Assembly (NCBI GenBank): GCA_010909165.1
Contig: MU008174.1
Span: 434,001-498,000 of the forward strand
Direction: 5' to 3'
Source: Anthoceros angustus
Taxonomy: Eukaryota > Plantae > Anthocerotophyta
DNA length: 64,000 bases
Shown here: one piece after another, positions 36,501 through 48,389 of the stretch
How the letters are laid out: each line of letters starts with the position of its first letter
Numbering within the stretch: position 1 is the stretch's first letter
Program-made: the position numbers and the translations under genes
Notes under the pieces: generated by a model
Seen by the model: the letters and a program-made list of their open reading frames with translations, nothing else
Database searches by the model: none
What the model was told of the DNA's origin: nothing

Positions 36501-39378
36501 TCTTCTTGAGTTTGTCAATGCACCAACCACCTTCCCTTTAGACTTGTACCAGACCGCAAGACGTCCATAGCCTTCTTAGAATGACACTTTCTATCCTCCT
36601 TTCTCTTCTCCTTCCTCCTCACCTTCCTCTCAAGCTCCATGATTGCGATCCCCTCTTGAGCCTCCTCCGCCTTCATATACTTGTCAAATGTTGGGCTGTC
36701 CAAAGACCCTAGATCGCCTTGCATCCCTATTTTCCAGCCAAGTTCTCGCCTGTAGCATAGTGAAATTATAAAGCATTCCTCTATCACTTCCAAGTTGACA
36801 TAGGCTGGCGGCCATATACCCTGCAATTGTATGTTGGGCTCACTAGCAAACCACCGAACGCCTCAAGTGCCTAGACTCCACCGCGCATGGAAGCAATAAA
36901 TTCGGCATTTGTACCACTTATGCGGCTCCTAGCCATCTTGCTTCTTAGGCGCAATCACCTTCACCATCTTGCACTCCACAAGATAATGCACAAATAAGCT
37001 GTGCTTGGGCTGTGCACTTGCTCTCTACTTAGTTGTCACCTCTACACACAAGTAGATTTTTTCACTTACCACATGTAAACCCTTTTCCACTTACTCTTCC
37101 CACTCCATAGTCCTACCTAGCTCAACCTTGATGCCCTCATAGCACATGCGCCCCAAATCCTCACTCTGCAAGGTGCTTGGCACAAAATTCAAGCCACCAC
37201 CCTCTTCACGCAGTGCTCAAATTTCTTCGGTGAGTTGGAGCCATCCCCTACAGCAGTCGAGAGTGAAGAAGCTCTCATGGAGAGAGTTAAGGCAGCTTCC
37301 ATTGCAGAAGAAGCTACAAGAAGAGTTGGCACGGGTAGAAGAGAAGTAGAAACTAGCAAGTCGGCGGAACTCGGGCAGCTAGGAAGGGCTGGAAGGATGG
37401 GCGTGGACACTTGCACCCCCTTCACTACATTGGGTGCCACAGTTATCGTATGGGACTCGATAGAGAGGCCCACTGTTGTCCCTATGATAGAGGCAACACA
37501 AGATGATCGTAGGGTGAGAATCCCTACCAAGTCGCCACGTTGTGGCACCCAACATAGTGAAGGGGTGGAAGTCTCCGCCCCCGCACTTCTAGCCCTTCCT
37601 AGCTGCCCAAGTTCCGTCGACTTGCTAGCTTCTCCTTCTACTTCTATCCATACCAGCTCTTCTTGCAGCTTCCTCCGCAATGGAAGCTGCCTTAACTCTC
37701 TCCATGAGAGCTTCTTCACTCTCGACTGCCGTAGGGGATGGCTCCAACTCACCTCTTCTCACTAATATCTTTCTTAGTCCTCTCACCATATGAACCTCTT
37801 CCTCTTCTTCTTCCTCGCTCATAGGGACACCGTGGTAAGCTCCTCCTCACTTTTCTTCCCGTCTCTTGTTGTTGGGACTCTCGACAGCGAGGGATCTTTA
37901 TCCAATGGCACCACTTGGAAATCCATCCTAGAAAATTTTAATTCTCCTGCTTCAATAACCCTTGGAGGTCATAGATATGGATCACGTGGAGAGGTAACGT
38001 ATTCCCCGCATGTTTGAATTCCTTGCATTGGGCATAAGCAACCTTGCACGATGTGTAGCATAGACATCATACATTACCATTCCCTATCCGAAGTAAACCC
38101 CCTAGACAACCTCCAAATGAAATACAATTGCGCATCGCTAAGATGCGTCTTCCCACTGAGCACTCACAAATCCAAGGAGAATCTTAGCAAACATTGTTCA
38201 TTTCTCTTCCTTGAGTTTGTCAATGCACCAACCACCTTTCCCTTTAGACTTGTACGTGACCGCAGACGTCCATAGCCTTCTGGCTACCATGACACTTTCT
38301 ATCCTCCTTTCTCTTCTCCTTCCTCCTCACCTTCCTCTCAAGCTCCATGATTGCGATCCCTCTTGAGCCTCCTCCTCGGCCTTCATATACTTGTCAAATG
38401 TTGGGCTGTCCAAAGACCCTAGATCGCCCCTTGCATCCCTATTTCCAGCTTCTGCCAGTAGCATAGTGAAATTATAAAGCATTCCTCTATCACTTCCAAG
38501 TTGACATAGGCTCGTTGATGGCCATATACCCTGCAATTGTATGTTGGGCTCACTAGCAAACCGCCTGAACGCCTCCAAGTGCCTAGACTCCACCTGCGCA
38601 TGGAAGCAATAAATTCGAGCATTTGTACCACTTATGCTGGCTCCCTAGCCACCATCTTGCTCTTCTTAGGCGCAATCACCTTCACCATCTTGCACTCCAC
38701 AAGATAATGCACAAATAAGACAGGCTTGGGCACAGGCACTTGCTCTCTTCTACTTAGTTGTCACCTCTACACACAAGTGCGAGATTTTTTCACTTACCAC
38801 ACAGAAACCCTTTTCCACTTACTTCCTTCCCACTCCATAGTCCTACCTAGCTCAACCTTGATGCCCTCATAGCACACAGCTCCTTGCGCGCCCAAATCCC
38901 TCACTTGCAAGGTGCTTGGTACAAAATTCAGCGCCACCACCCTCTTGCTACTTCAAAATTTCTTCACACAACTCTACGCACGCACACCTCCTTCTTCTTG
39001 CACACACATGGACACCACGTCCTCACAAGTCCTTGCCCTAGCTCTCCCTTGCATGCATAAGGTCTTCCTCGCAATTCCTCACAAGCCTGCCAAGGTGCCA
39101 CTCCCTACACACTAAGCTTGCATGGCCCCTTGGCAGTGACACTGAAACTTGATGTGGGACGTTGATTCCTTGCCATATGGCACCATTTCCACTATCTTCT
39201 TTTTAGGAGCTCTACCTGCTAAAAGCCACCTACACTACTTACCCTTCATATTTATGTTTTATTATTCCTAATATATCTTATTTATCCATAACCTTGCATA
39301 TACAGTCCTTTTTAACAACTTCCTAGGTTGGAACCTGCCTAATCTGGAAAGCTTGCTGCCCAAGATACCCAAGTAGGG
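30596..39378. repeat. Long inverted repeat (arms ~1.8 kb, loop ~100 bp) present as about 2.5 tandem assembled copies
   Basis: Forward arms 30596-32386, 34072-35786, 37229-37441; reverse arms 32475-34070, 35881-37228, 37541-39378. Outer ends ccctacttgggta / tacccaagtaggg; centre tgggtgccaca...tgtggcaccca. Confidence 0.9.
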
Positions 39379-39500
39379 CATCCAACCCCACTTCCGCTGC
39401 CCACTTAAGGAGTCCTCACCACTCCCTACACATGTAGAGAGACCCTCATGCCACTAGGGTGGTTCAAAGTGTTATGGCGTCCTTATCTACCTTGACCTCC

Positions 39501-40257
39501 ACTAGTCATGGATTTCAAAATTGATTTGCCCCTGATAGAAACTTTGAGATATCGATGAAGATTGTCTGTTTCCATGATCTTTGATTTTTTTGTTTTATAC
39601 TTTGCTTTTTATAAAAATTTTAAATATAGGAAATTTATACGGAAGTTTTTTCTAACCATTGGTTTACATGAACACTTTAAATATAAAGATGTCTTAGAAA
39701 TTACTTTTCTAATCTTTCCTTGGTTGAATTGGAGTCCAACTTTGGCACTCTTTGAAGCTGAATGAGAGGTTCATAATGTTCTCTCTCTGCATCAAACAAA
39801 ATACTTAAAGGACTTGACATTGAAGAGACACATGTATCATATTTGCATATCAACTTCTTGTTTTGCATTGACCACACGAAGATCCTTCTCCTCAAGGCTA
39901 TACTTAACCATTGGATGGCGGTCGCATCACCCCATAAGCTCGTTGACTTTGCTGGCAGTTTCATATCATCGATATATTATTTGATGTTTTTGATATTTGG
40001 TCCATGTATGCTAATCAAGACCTCACGCGAATATATTTCCAGAGTCGCCATTGCGTTGGGATCTTTTTCTTCTATGCTTCTTTCCAATTGCAACATTGCT
40101 TCGATTCGCAATTCCGCTGACGTTACTATTCCCTTCAATAAATATGCAATGGAGTCAAATAAACAGTCACCTACAATGTATTGAAAATCTTCACTTGTTT
40201 CAAGTCTATGATGTCGTAAAACGGTGTGGATATCCGGTAGTTATGCACTCTATCCAT
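39501..40257 (-). pseudogene. OTU-like cysteine protease pseudogene (second copy)
   Basis: Collinear with 46340-47131; carries a 1-bp deletion just after the ATG, a CAA>TAA stop and an internal deletion; WGDATAIQWLS and HYEPL are retained. Confidence 0.8.
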
Positions 40258-41164
40258 TTGTTATGAGTCCTTAATAATCTATTGTTTCTTGAAGAAAACT
40301 TTATGTAGCTATAGGGACATATATAGACAGTACGTTATTTCTTGAAGAAATGTTGAATCCTAGGCATCTCAAGTCTTTCCCATAAAAGTGTCGCATAGTG
40401 CTAGGAAATAACTTTTTAGGGCTAGCCTCATCCCAAAGATACGGAGGCCTACTTAATCTTTAACTAATTGCCTTAAACATATTAGTTTGCTTAAAGTCTA
40501 AGAAAAGCCTTGCTACCACTAACCTCTTAAGTTACTAACTTAGATAAACAATAATTCCCACATGCATGGCTTTGTACTTATATATAGAGGCTTATGTGTG
40601 TCCAAATGGACACACATTTATAAGAATTAAGCATCCTGCACTTGGATCGGTACTTAGATGGGGTGCCTAAAGGGAATGGATGCCCTTGGTGCAAGTAGCT
40701 TAAGCATACCATGATACAAGTTGTTAACTACCAAGTCCCATGACGGAAATCCGTCCTTAGTGGACTTAAATAAAATTCTTCTTCTTCTTCTTATTTCTCC
40801 TATAGGTGACTACCTTAAGTCTGATTAGTTTGCTTAGAATTCAACCAAAAGCATGCAGAATAAAATACTACGAAGCTAGAGGACATATAGCCAATATGCT
40901 GCTCGTTAACAAAACTTAAAATAATAATAATGTAGTGCAGAATATAATATATATGTACTTACTTCAGTATCATATCCCTCACCAAGAAGAGCATCAAAAA
41001 TGGTACAATGGCTTGGCTCAGTGCGCACGTAGGCAGCAGAATGCTATTTAAAATTCCCAGGAGAAGCGTTGGAGATTTGTATCTGCATATGTACAATCAG
41101 TGGACAAGAAGTTGGCAAGTGCGGGTATTGCTCTGGTAGGTTGCCAGTGGTGGTCTGCATCCCC

Positions 41165-44100
41165 TCTAGGCGGGGCCTTTTTGCCGGTCTCTTGGGGTTT
41201 GGCATACGGAGCTTAAACTTTGTATGTTCGGTAAGGGTCGGGGACTCGTTGTCCTCGGTCCCCGGTGCCTCCTTGGCCCTATCAACCCCAGGCTAGTGTC
41301 CGCATTTTTCTCTCTCTCTATGAATTCTTCTCTCTGCAAAAACTTCTCTCTGCGATAGGGCGGTCCACACCTTCTGCGACAGTCAAGGACACTCACTGTC
41401 CAGTTTGTGCTCTGCTCAATTGTGGCGTTAAAGGGGTGAAAATCCACATTGGGCACATGCATAAGGACTTTGTCCAGACTACTTGGGCTGCCCAAGTACA
41501 TCTTGGGACCTCCACCAGCTTCGTGGCACAGGTTTCAGCGTCTGGTGTCGTCCTTCTAGGGGTGCCTCTATCATCATGGGATTGGTTGCGTGCTCAGCAG
41601 GATCACATCCTTGGGTTGTTTGAAACCCGCTTTCCATGCCCGCGCATTTTTCGCAGGATTCCCAGGCACCTCCATGATGATGCCCGCTTAGCATTTCATC
41701 TTCCTCTGGATCGCTCGACTCCTAGGACGAGATGGCTTGGTATCTTCTTCTGATTCTATCGCGATGGTGTCTGCGTTGTACTAGGGGCGGGGCTTCTAGT
41801 CATCAGGAGGTCGCCATCTGCCTCCGTCGCTGTTGGGCCGGCAATTGGGCATCTCTTCAAGAGGAGGCATTGCGGGCTTCCACGGTTCGGGCAGAATCCG
41901 CACTATAGATGGAGCAAGGCCCAGGGGTGGCAGGAAACTTGCGGCACTGCAATTAAGTTGTTAGGTCGAGCACGTGAATATGCCCGAGCTACCAGGGCTC
42001 TCCGCCCCCTTCCTTTGGCCTCTGCTTCTGAGGAGACCATTGCGGCCTTTCGTGCCCTCCATCCAGCCCCGAAAAATGCCATCCCCCCGGACATACTCGA
42101 ATATGTCCCTGAGAACTCCTTCTCCCTGAAGGGCACAACTTTTTCTCTGGGCGTCTCTATGGCCCCACGTCTTTCTTGCGCCGGGCTATCTGGGATGGTG
42201 CTTGAGCATCTTTGGGATCTTTTTGTCCCTAAAGACCCATCCAGCGGCTTTCCGCTGCTCTTTCCCTGGCTGCTACCATGGCACGGGGGGAAACACTTCA
42301 TTGGATCTCTCAGCTAGCAGGCTCGTCGCTATGGACAAGCCTTCTCCGGGCTCTGGCGTGCGTCCACTCGCGGTTGGGGAAGCCTTTATGCGGCTCCTTA
42401 TCCGTGCTATTACCTTTCGATTACGCTCCCTCCTCCAAGAAGACCTTATCCCCTACAATTTAGCATTGCTACTCCGGGGACTCGGGAGGGTGGTGCGAGT
42501 CCGTGGTGTTTGGCGTGCAGGCATGCCTTGACACCCACCCGGATTGGGTTGTTTTACAGGTGGATGTTGAAAATGCCTTCAATACCATTTCCAGGAGCGT
42601 CATCTTCGAGGAGCTCAGGGACATTGGTGGTGTCCTAGGGAGCCTTATAAATGAAGATAGCAATTAGTAGTGATTGAATCCCTTCTATGGTTCCACATTT
42701 TGTCCGATGCTTCTACGAGATGTCTTCCAATCTCTACTATCAGCACAAGAACATCTCTTTGGGATTTCTTTGTTTGCCTTGAATCACCATGTGTGCACTG
42801 TAATGTGACCCTCTAGGTGGTGCCCTCTTTGCCATCGCCCACTATAGGGTCCTTTCCAGGGCTGCTTCCTCTGCGCGTGACTGTGTCTTCCCGTCGCCGG
42901 CAGACAACTCTCACATCCTTGGGCCTTGGGACAAGGTTCAGGAGGCCTTCCAGCTCTTCTCCCATGAGCTTTCTTTGGTTGGCTTAAAAGTCAAGCCCTC
43001 TAAGTGCCGCACCTGGTCCCAGTCAGGTATCCTCCCCACTTTGCAGTTCCCTGCTGAGGAGATTGCTCCGGCCTTGGATCTACGGATTTTGGGGGTCCCC
43101 TTCGACTCCCCTGACTTCATTGGGAGCGCGGAGAACCTATCCTATGTCGAGGACCTCCCCCTGTTGGGGGATGCTCAGGTGGCCTTTGGAATTCTTTCCT
43201 CCTGCTTTGTTAGGCGCCCTGGTTACCTCATTTGCACGCTCCCCCCGACTCCGGTTTTCATGTCTCGACTTCAAGGGTTTGACAGGAAGATAATGGATAC
43301 TCTTGGTGAAATCATGTAAAGCGAGGGGGTGCAATTGCATTAGGAGGAAGTGAGAAGTGTATGGGGTGTCAGGGTCAAGCGTGAACAGCCCATAGTGTAT
43401 CTATTAGCTTGAACCCGAGGATACTATGCATCCTTTTCAAGGAAGACTTTCTTTGTCACATATCGACATGTTTGACAAGAGGACATGCCAGTCTTTGGAT
43501 AGATGCGATGTTGTCTCTCAGGCTATGCCATGGATCCATGCAGTTTGGGCCCGGCCCTCTCTCGGGAGGTTTCTTGCTGGCGGTTTTAGTTAGGGGGGCC
43601 TACTGTCGCTCACTGCAGCCTCTCTTTATCCTCCAGGACAGGCTCTTTCTGGAGGATCTTGTGTCTAGTATGGAGGAGGGAACCTTCTCTCTCCAAATTT
43701 CCTTGAGGCAGGCCAGGGAAATTCTTTCTGTGGATGCTCGGTGGGATTTTCCTTCTTTCTCGAGGTTTATCTCCGATGGTTTCAGGGGGTTGCAGGCGTT
43801 GTTGCTTGAGAAGCAGCTCAGCCAAGCTTTCCTGTCCGTCCTCTTGGACTCCTCCATCCCTAGGTCCACGACAGCTCGGGTTCACTCTTGTTCTGGTAAG
43901 GGCGCAGGCGCTTGGCTTCTGGCTCTTCCATGTATATGGGGTTTTGTCATCGCACCAGCCACCTTCACCACTGCGATGCGATTCCGTCTTGGCCTGCTTC
44001 AGCCTGTGGCGTCTTCCCTTCTTACCTGCGAGTGCGGCTCTGCCCTCGATGACTTTGGGCTACATCTTGCTCGTTGTCCCCATGGGGGTCATCATCACCA

Positions 44101-44771
44101 CCCACGATGCTATCCGCGTTGTCATGTTTGCCATAGCTCGTGAAAGCGGCTACATGGCCTGGAGGGAGTGAGGGTACATTCTTCGAACAGGTCGCTCAAT
44201 CAGGGCTTACTTGTACTTTGTCTGCAGTGACCAGGTTTCAGTGGCGGACGTGGTGGTTACTGACCCTGCTCGAGACACCATCTCCTCGAGTTATCACTAA
44301 CCGTCTGGTTGGAGTGCCGCGGTCTGACTTCAAGGTCAGAAAGTATAGCAGGATGTAAACAGGCCACTTCTTTATTCCGCTCGCACTCAAAATGTATGGG
44401 GCAATGGCTACGAACTTTGATCAATTTCTCAAGTCCTGTGCCAAATCCTACCACGCTCTCAGGCATGGCGCGGGGTTGTCCCTTTCTTATTTCACAACTT
44501 ACTTCAGACAGCGAGTCTTCATTGCCCTTCAAAGGGCCATCTCGACGGCAATCCTTCACAAGGCGGCGATGGCAAGTAACGCTTCTTCCTCTTCTTCCGT
44601 CATTTGCAGGCCATTTGTTCTTCCTGCATATGATATTCTAGGAGCCGTAGGTAACTATAGGTAAGCGCTTAGTCGCTATTTTTCACCTTGATCCCCGAGA
44701 AATGAGTTCGTGTTTTATTGCGGGAAAAAACGATGGGGAAAAACCTTTCCACCAAGGGACAATGAAGGTGT
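41165..44771 (+). mobile_element. Degenerate non-LTR retrotransposon with restriction-like endonuclease (CRE/Cnl1/MoTeR-like)
   Basis: In order: C2H2 finger CPVC...HIGHMH (~41400); RT motifs SCAGLSG, ASRLVAMDK...VRPLAVGEAFMRL, DVENAFN (42563), DPLGGALF, ADNSHILG, GLKVKPSKC, LRILGVP; AGAWLLALP, AMRFRLG; CCHC knuckle CECG...HLARC...HDAIR; RLE ADVVVTDP...K..KY...FIPLALKMYG; stop at 44664. Frameshifts and two internal insertions. Confidence 0.85.
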
Positions 44772-44800
44772 GGAGACATATATTATCAATACATTTTTTG

Positions 44801-44960
44801 AAGTTCCAAGTTCCAAGGTCCAAGGTCCAAGTTCCAAGTTCCAAGGTCCAAGGTCCAAGGTCCAAGGTCCAAGGTCCAAGGTCCAAGGTCCAAGGTCCAA
44901 GGTCCAAGGTCCAGGGTCCAAGGTCCAAGGTCCAAGGTCCAAGGTCCAAGGTCCAAGGTT
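44801..44960. repeat. Heptamer minisatellite (CCAAGGT)n, about 22 units
   Basis: Read directly; variants CCAAGTT and CCAGGGT. The homologous site at ~47650 has only about 3 units. Confidence 0.95.
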
Positions 44961-45021
44961 TTATAATTATTTCAAAAAAGCTTGCAATAAGGCGATTTTA
45001 TTGCAGTCAAAAAGCCGAGTT

Positions 45022-45353
45022 CATCCTCTCTAGCCTATGCTTCTTATGGGTTTGGTGGTACCTTCACACATTCATGCCTTGTTTGGGCTCAACTCAGGAC
45101 TTTCACAATTCACATCATTAATATTATTATGTATATGTAAGTCGATGCATTGTATAATTTATTGAGTAATTAAATATTCTACTTATACATCCTCTCTAGC
45201 CTATGCTTCTTATGGGTTTGGTGGTACCTTCACACATTCATGCCTTGTTTGGGCTCAACTCAGGACTTTCACAATTCACATCATTAATATTATTATGTAT
45301 ATGTAAGTCGATGCATTGTATAATTTATTGAGTAATTAAATATTCTACTTATA
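45022..45353. repeat. Apparently perfect 166-bp tandem duplication
   Basis: catcctctctagcc...tattctacttata starts at 45022 and 45188; it is single-copy in the homologue at ~26530. Confidence 0.9.
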
Positions 45354-46339
45354 TTTCATTTAATTTAGAGGACCTCAAGACTTTTACATGGAGCGAACCG
45401 ACAGGGAGGTCTTGGAGAAAGAACAACACGATGGCTCTTTGCGAGTAGAGATCATATATCTCCAGGCAGCTTTTAGGAGCCTTGGAATAGGCATGTCGTA
45501 CCGCAAATAGGCGACATAGCTGTCATGGGTGCTATCTACATGCATATCCACTTCGGTCCATCAGCCTAAGACTATATCCGCCTAACGTACACCTACCTAG
45601 CCTAAGGCTACAGCCATGAACACAAAAACCAATTGTCAGAATCACATTTGCAGTATCACCACAAGCTCCGATCAATTCAAAGTACTCCTCCAAGACGTTG
45701 GCGAACGGGAAGCTATATGCACACACTATGTGCTTTACTTAGCTTGTGCAAACAAAAAAATCCGTGCGCGCGGAGCACCACGTGCTGCCATGGTTTTATC
45801 CTCTATCAGCGATGTGTGACACCACCTTCAACCCACAGGCGTGATGCATCCTTATCGGGCACTACCCACCCGAGATGCAAGTAGACACATAGGCCCAGAG
45901 TTTGGGCGAATCAGTGGCGAATTAGTACCCGTATGGAGTACCCTCCTTTTGTTGGTTTGAAAATTTTGTAAATCATCCAAGTATCTAGGCATGCCCGACC
46001 TCCCTCGAGCGAGGTCTAAAGTGCGAGATTACCTTCTTGATTATGGTGTTATGCTCTATCATATGGTTCCTCTCCAAACTTCCGGGCCCCGACACTCCAA
46101 CAACAACAAAGCGCATCTAGATTACTCCACATTAGCAGCAGCCACAACACCTTTGCACTGCTCCGTGAGATCTTCCTCTGTTTTTCACTGATGTGAGCAC
46201 CTAATCATGCTTGCACCCGAATGTCCAGTTGTGCATTGTGGAGGATCTTGGTCTCATTGCCTTTATTGAAGTCGCTTGGGCCCCCGTGCCGCTACGGTGG
46301 TTCAAAGTGTTATGCTGTCCTTGTCTACCTTGACCTTCA

Positions 46340-47131
46340 CTAGTCGTGGATTTCAAAATGCATTGATTTGCCCCTTATCGAAACTTTGAGATATTGACGA
46401 AGATTGTCTCGTTTCCATGCTATTTGGCAATTGTTTTTGATATACTTTGCTTTATATAAAAATTTTAAATATAGAAAATTTATACGGAAGTTTTTTCTAA
46501 CCATTGGTTTACATGAGCACTTCAAATATAAAGATGTCTTAGAAATTACTTTTCTAATCTTTGCTTTGTCGTGGATTTCAAATGCATTGCCCTTGGTTGA
46601 AGTGGAGTCCAACTTTGGCACTCTTTGAAGCTGGATGAGAGGTTCATAATGTTCTCTCTCTGCATCAAACAAAATACTTAAAGGTCTTGACATTGAAGAG
46701 ACAGATGTATCATATTTGCATATCAACTTCTTGTTTTGCATCGACCACACGAAGATCCTTCTCCTCAAGGCTATACTTAACCATTGGATGGCAGTGGCAT
46801 CACCCCATAAGCCCTTTGACTTTGCTGGCAGTTTCATATTATCGATATATTGTTTGATGTTTTTGATATTTGGTCCATGGATGCTAACCAAGACTTCATG
46901 TGAATAGATTTCCACAGTCGCCATTGCATTGGGATCTTTTTCTTCTATGCTTCTTTCCAATTGCAACATTGCTTTGATTCGCAATTCCGCTGACGTTACT
47001 ATTCCATTCAATAAATATGCAATAGAGTCATATAAACAGTCGCCTACAATGTATTGAAAATCTTCACTTGTTTCAAGTCCGTGATGTCGTAAAACGGTGT
47101 GAATATCCGGTAATAGTGCGCTCGTATCCAT
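46340..47131 (-). CDS. OTU-family cysteine protease/deubiquitinase-like ORF (263 aa) carried by a repeated element
   Basis: Cys box VGDCLYDSIA, WG motif LWGDATAIQWLS, His box HYEPL; open frame, AT-rich. Confidence 0.8.
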   Translation of the reverse strand: MDTSALLPDIHTVLRHHGLETSEDFQYIVGDCLYDSIAYLLNGIVTSAELRIKAMLQLERSIEEKDPNAMATVEIYSHEVLVSIHGPNIKNIKQYIDNMKLPAKSKGLWGDATAIQWLSIALRRRIFVWSMQNKKLICKYDTSVSSMSRPLSILFDAEREHYEPLIQLQRVPKLDSTSTKGNAFEIHDKAKIRKVISKTSLYLKCSCKPMVRKNFRINFLYLKFLYKAKYIKNNCQIAWKRDNLRQYLKVSIRGKSMHFEIHD

Positions 47132-48389
47132 TTGTTATGAATCCTCAATAATCTATTGTTTCTTGAAGAAAACTTTATGTAGCTATAGGGACATATATAG
47201 GCAGCACGTTATTTCTTGAAGGCATCTCAAGTCTTTCCCATAAAAGTGTCGCATAGTGCTAGGAAATAACTTTTTAGGGCTAGCCTCATCCCAAAGATAC
47301 GGAGGCCTACTTAATCTTTAACTAACTGCCTTAAACATATTAGTTTGCTTAAAGTCTAAGCAAAGCCTTGCTACCACTAACCTCTTAAGTTACTAACTTA
47401 GATAAACAATAATTCCCACATGCATGGCTTTGTACTTATATATAGAGGCTTATTTCACCTATAAGTGACTACCTTAAATCAGATTAGTTTGCTTAGAATT
47501 CAACCAAAAGCATGCAGAATAAAATGCATACAAAGCTAGATGACATATATAGTCAATATGCTGCTGGTTAACAAAACTTAATATAATAATAATGTATTAC
47601 AGATATATATGTTCTTACGGGGAGATATATTATCAATACATTTTTTGAAGTTCCAAGGTCTAAGGTCCAAGGTTTTAGAATTATTTCAAAAAGCCTTATA
47701 ATAAGATGATCTTATTGCAGTAAAAAAGCCCAATCTATCCTCCCTTCAAGCTGTGACATCTTGGGTCCATTGGAACTCCATAATCAAGCATCCTTGGGAA
47801 GGATCGATACTTGGATAGGGTGCTATGCATTCCCCAGCTGTAGGCGGATGGGTTGGCACTGTTCCCTAGCTCCATGGCCCCCACAACCTTCCTTCCGTCT
47901 CCCTTTAAGGAGTGACATCCAGATAGACATGGGTTCATTAGAAGTCCACAATCAAGTGTCCTTGGGACAGATCGGTATTAAGGGCAAATCGTTTTATTAA
48001 CCGATACAAGAAAACAGCCGGGAGCCGAGGTCCCAAGTGGTGCGTGACTACAATAATTGTCCATTGTTTAGGACAGGACTGTCACAGGACCCTTTCGACA
48101 AGCTCCATTCCTTCTACTAGAAGTTAGTCCTCTCCACAACACAACGACGAATATGAGCCCGACCGCTGCGCTTGCTGGGGGTATGTCACAGGAACTTGAA
48201 CTCAGAGCCTCAAAATCCGCATGGGTTGGAAAACGCTCTGAACTTGAGCGAAAGATACGGAGAATCTTCCGCCAAAAACGTTGAAGCATGTGGTAAGCAA
48301 TAGGAAAATAGTCCCCTATGCAGTCAGGCCTGACTGACCCCAATACCATCGGGGAAGCAGTACAACCTTCTACGGTACTCTGCCCAAAG

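Larger units (their letters stand above)
44772..47730. mobile_element. ~2.85 kb OTU-cassette unit, continuing in tandem from the partial unit at 39458-41135
   Basis: 44772-45017 recurs at 47620-47730; 39458-40962 matches 46295-47617; 26530-28007 matches 45025-46680. Confidence 0.7.

Noticed and set aside
30596-39378. Palindrome as a pure nanopore fold-back artefact, or as intact genes
   Set aside because: Arms carry reproducible arm-specific variants and a unique loop; the ORFs are short and inconsistent between copies.
44683-45121. ORFs with repeating LDLGPWT / PRSKVQG peptides; telomere-like tract
   Set aside because: These are translations of the 7-bp minisatellite; CCAAGGT is not the plant TTTAGGG repeat and the tract is internal.
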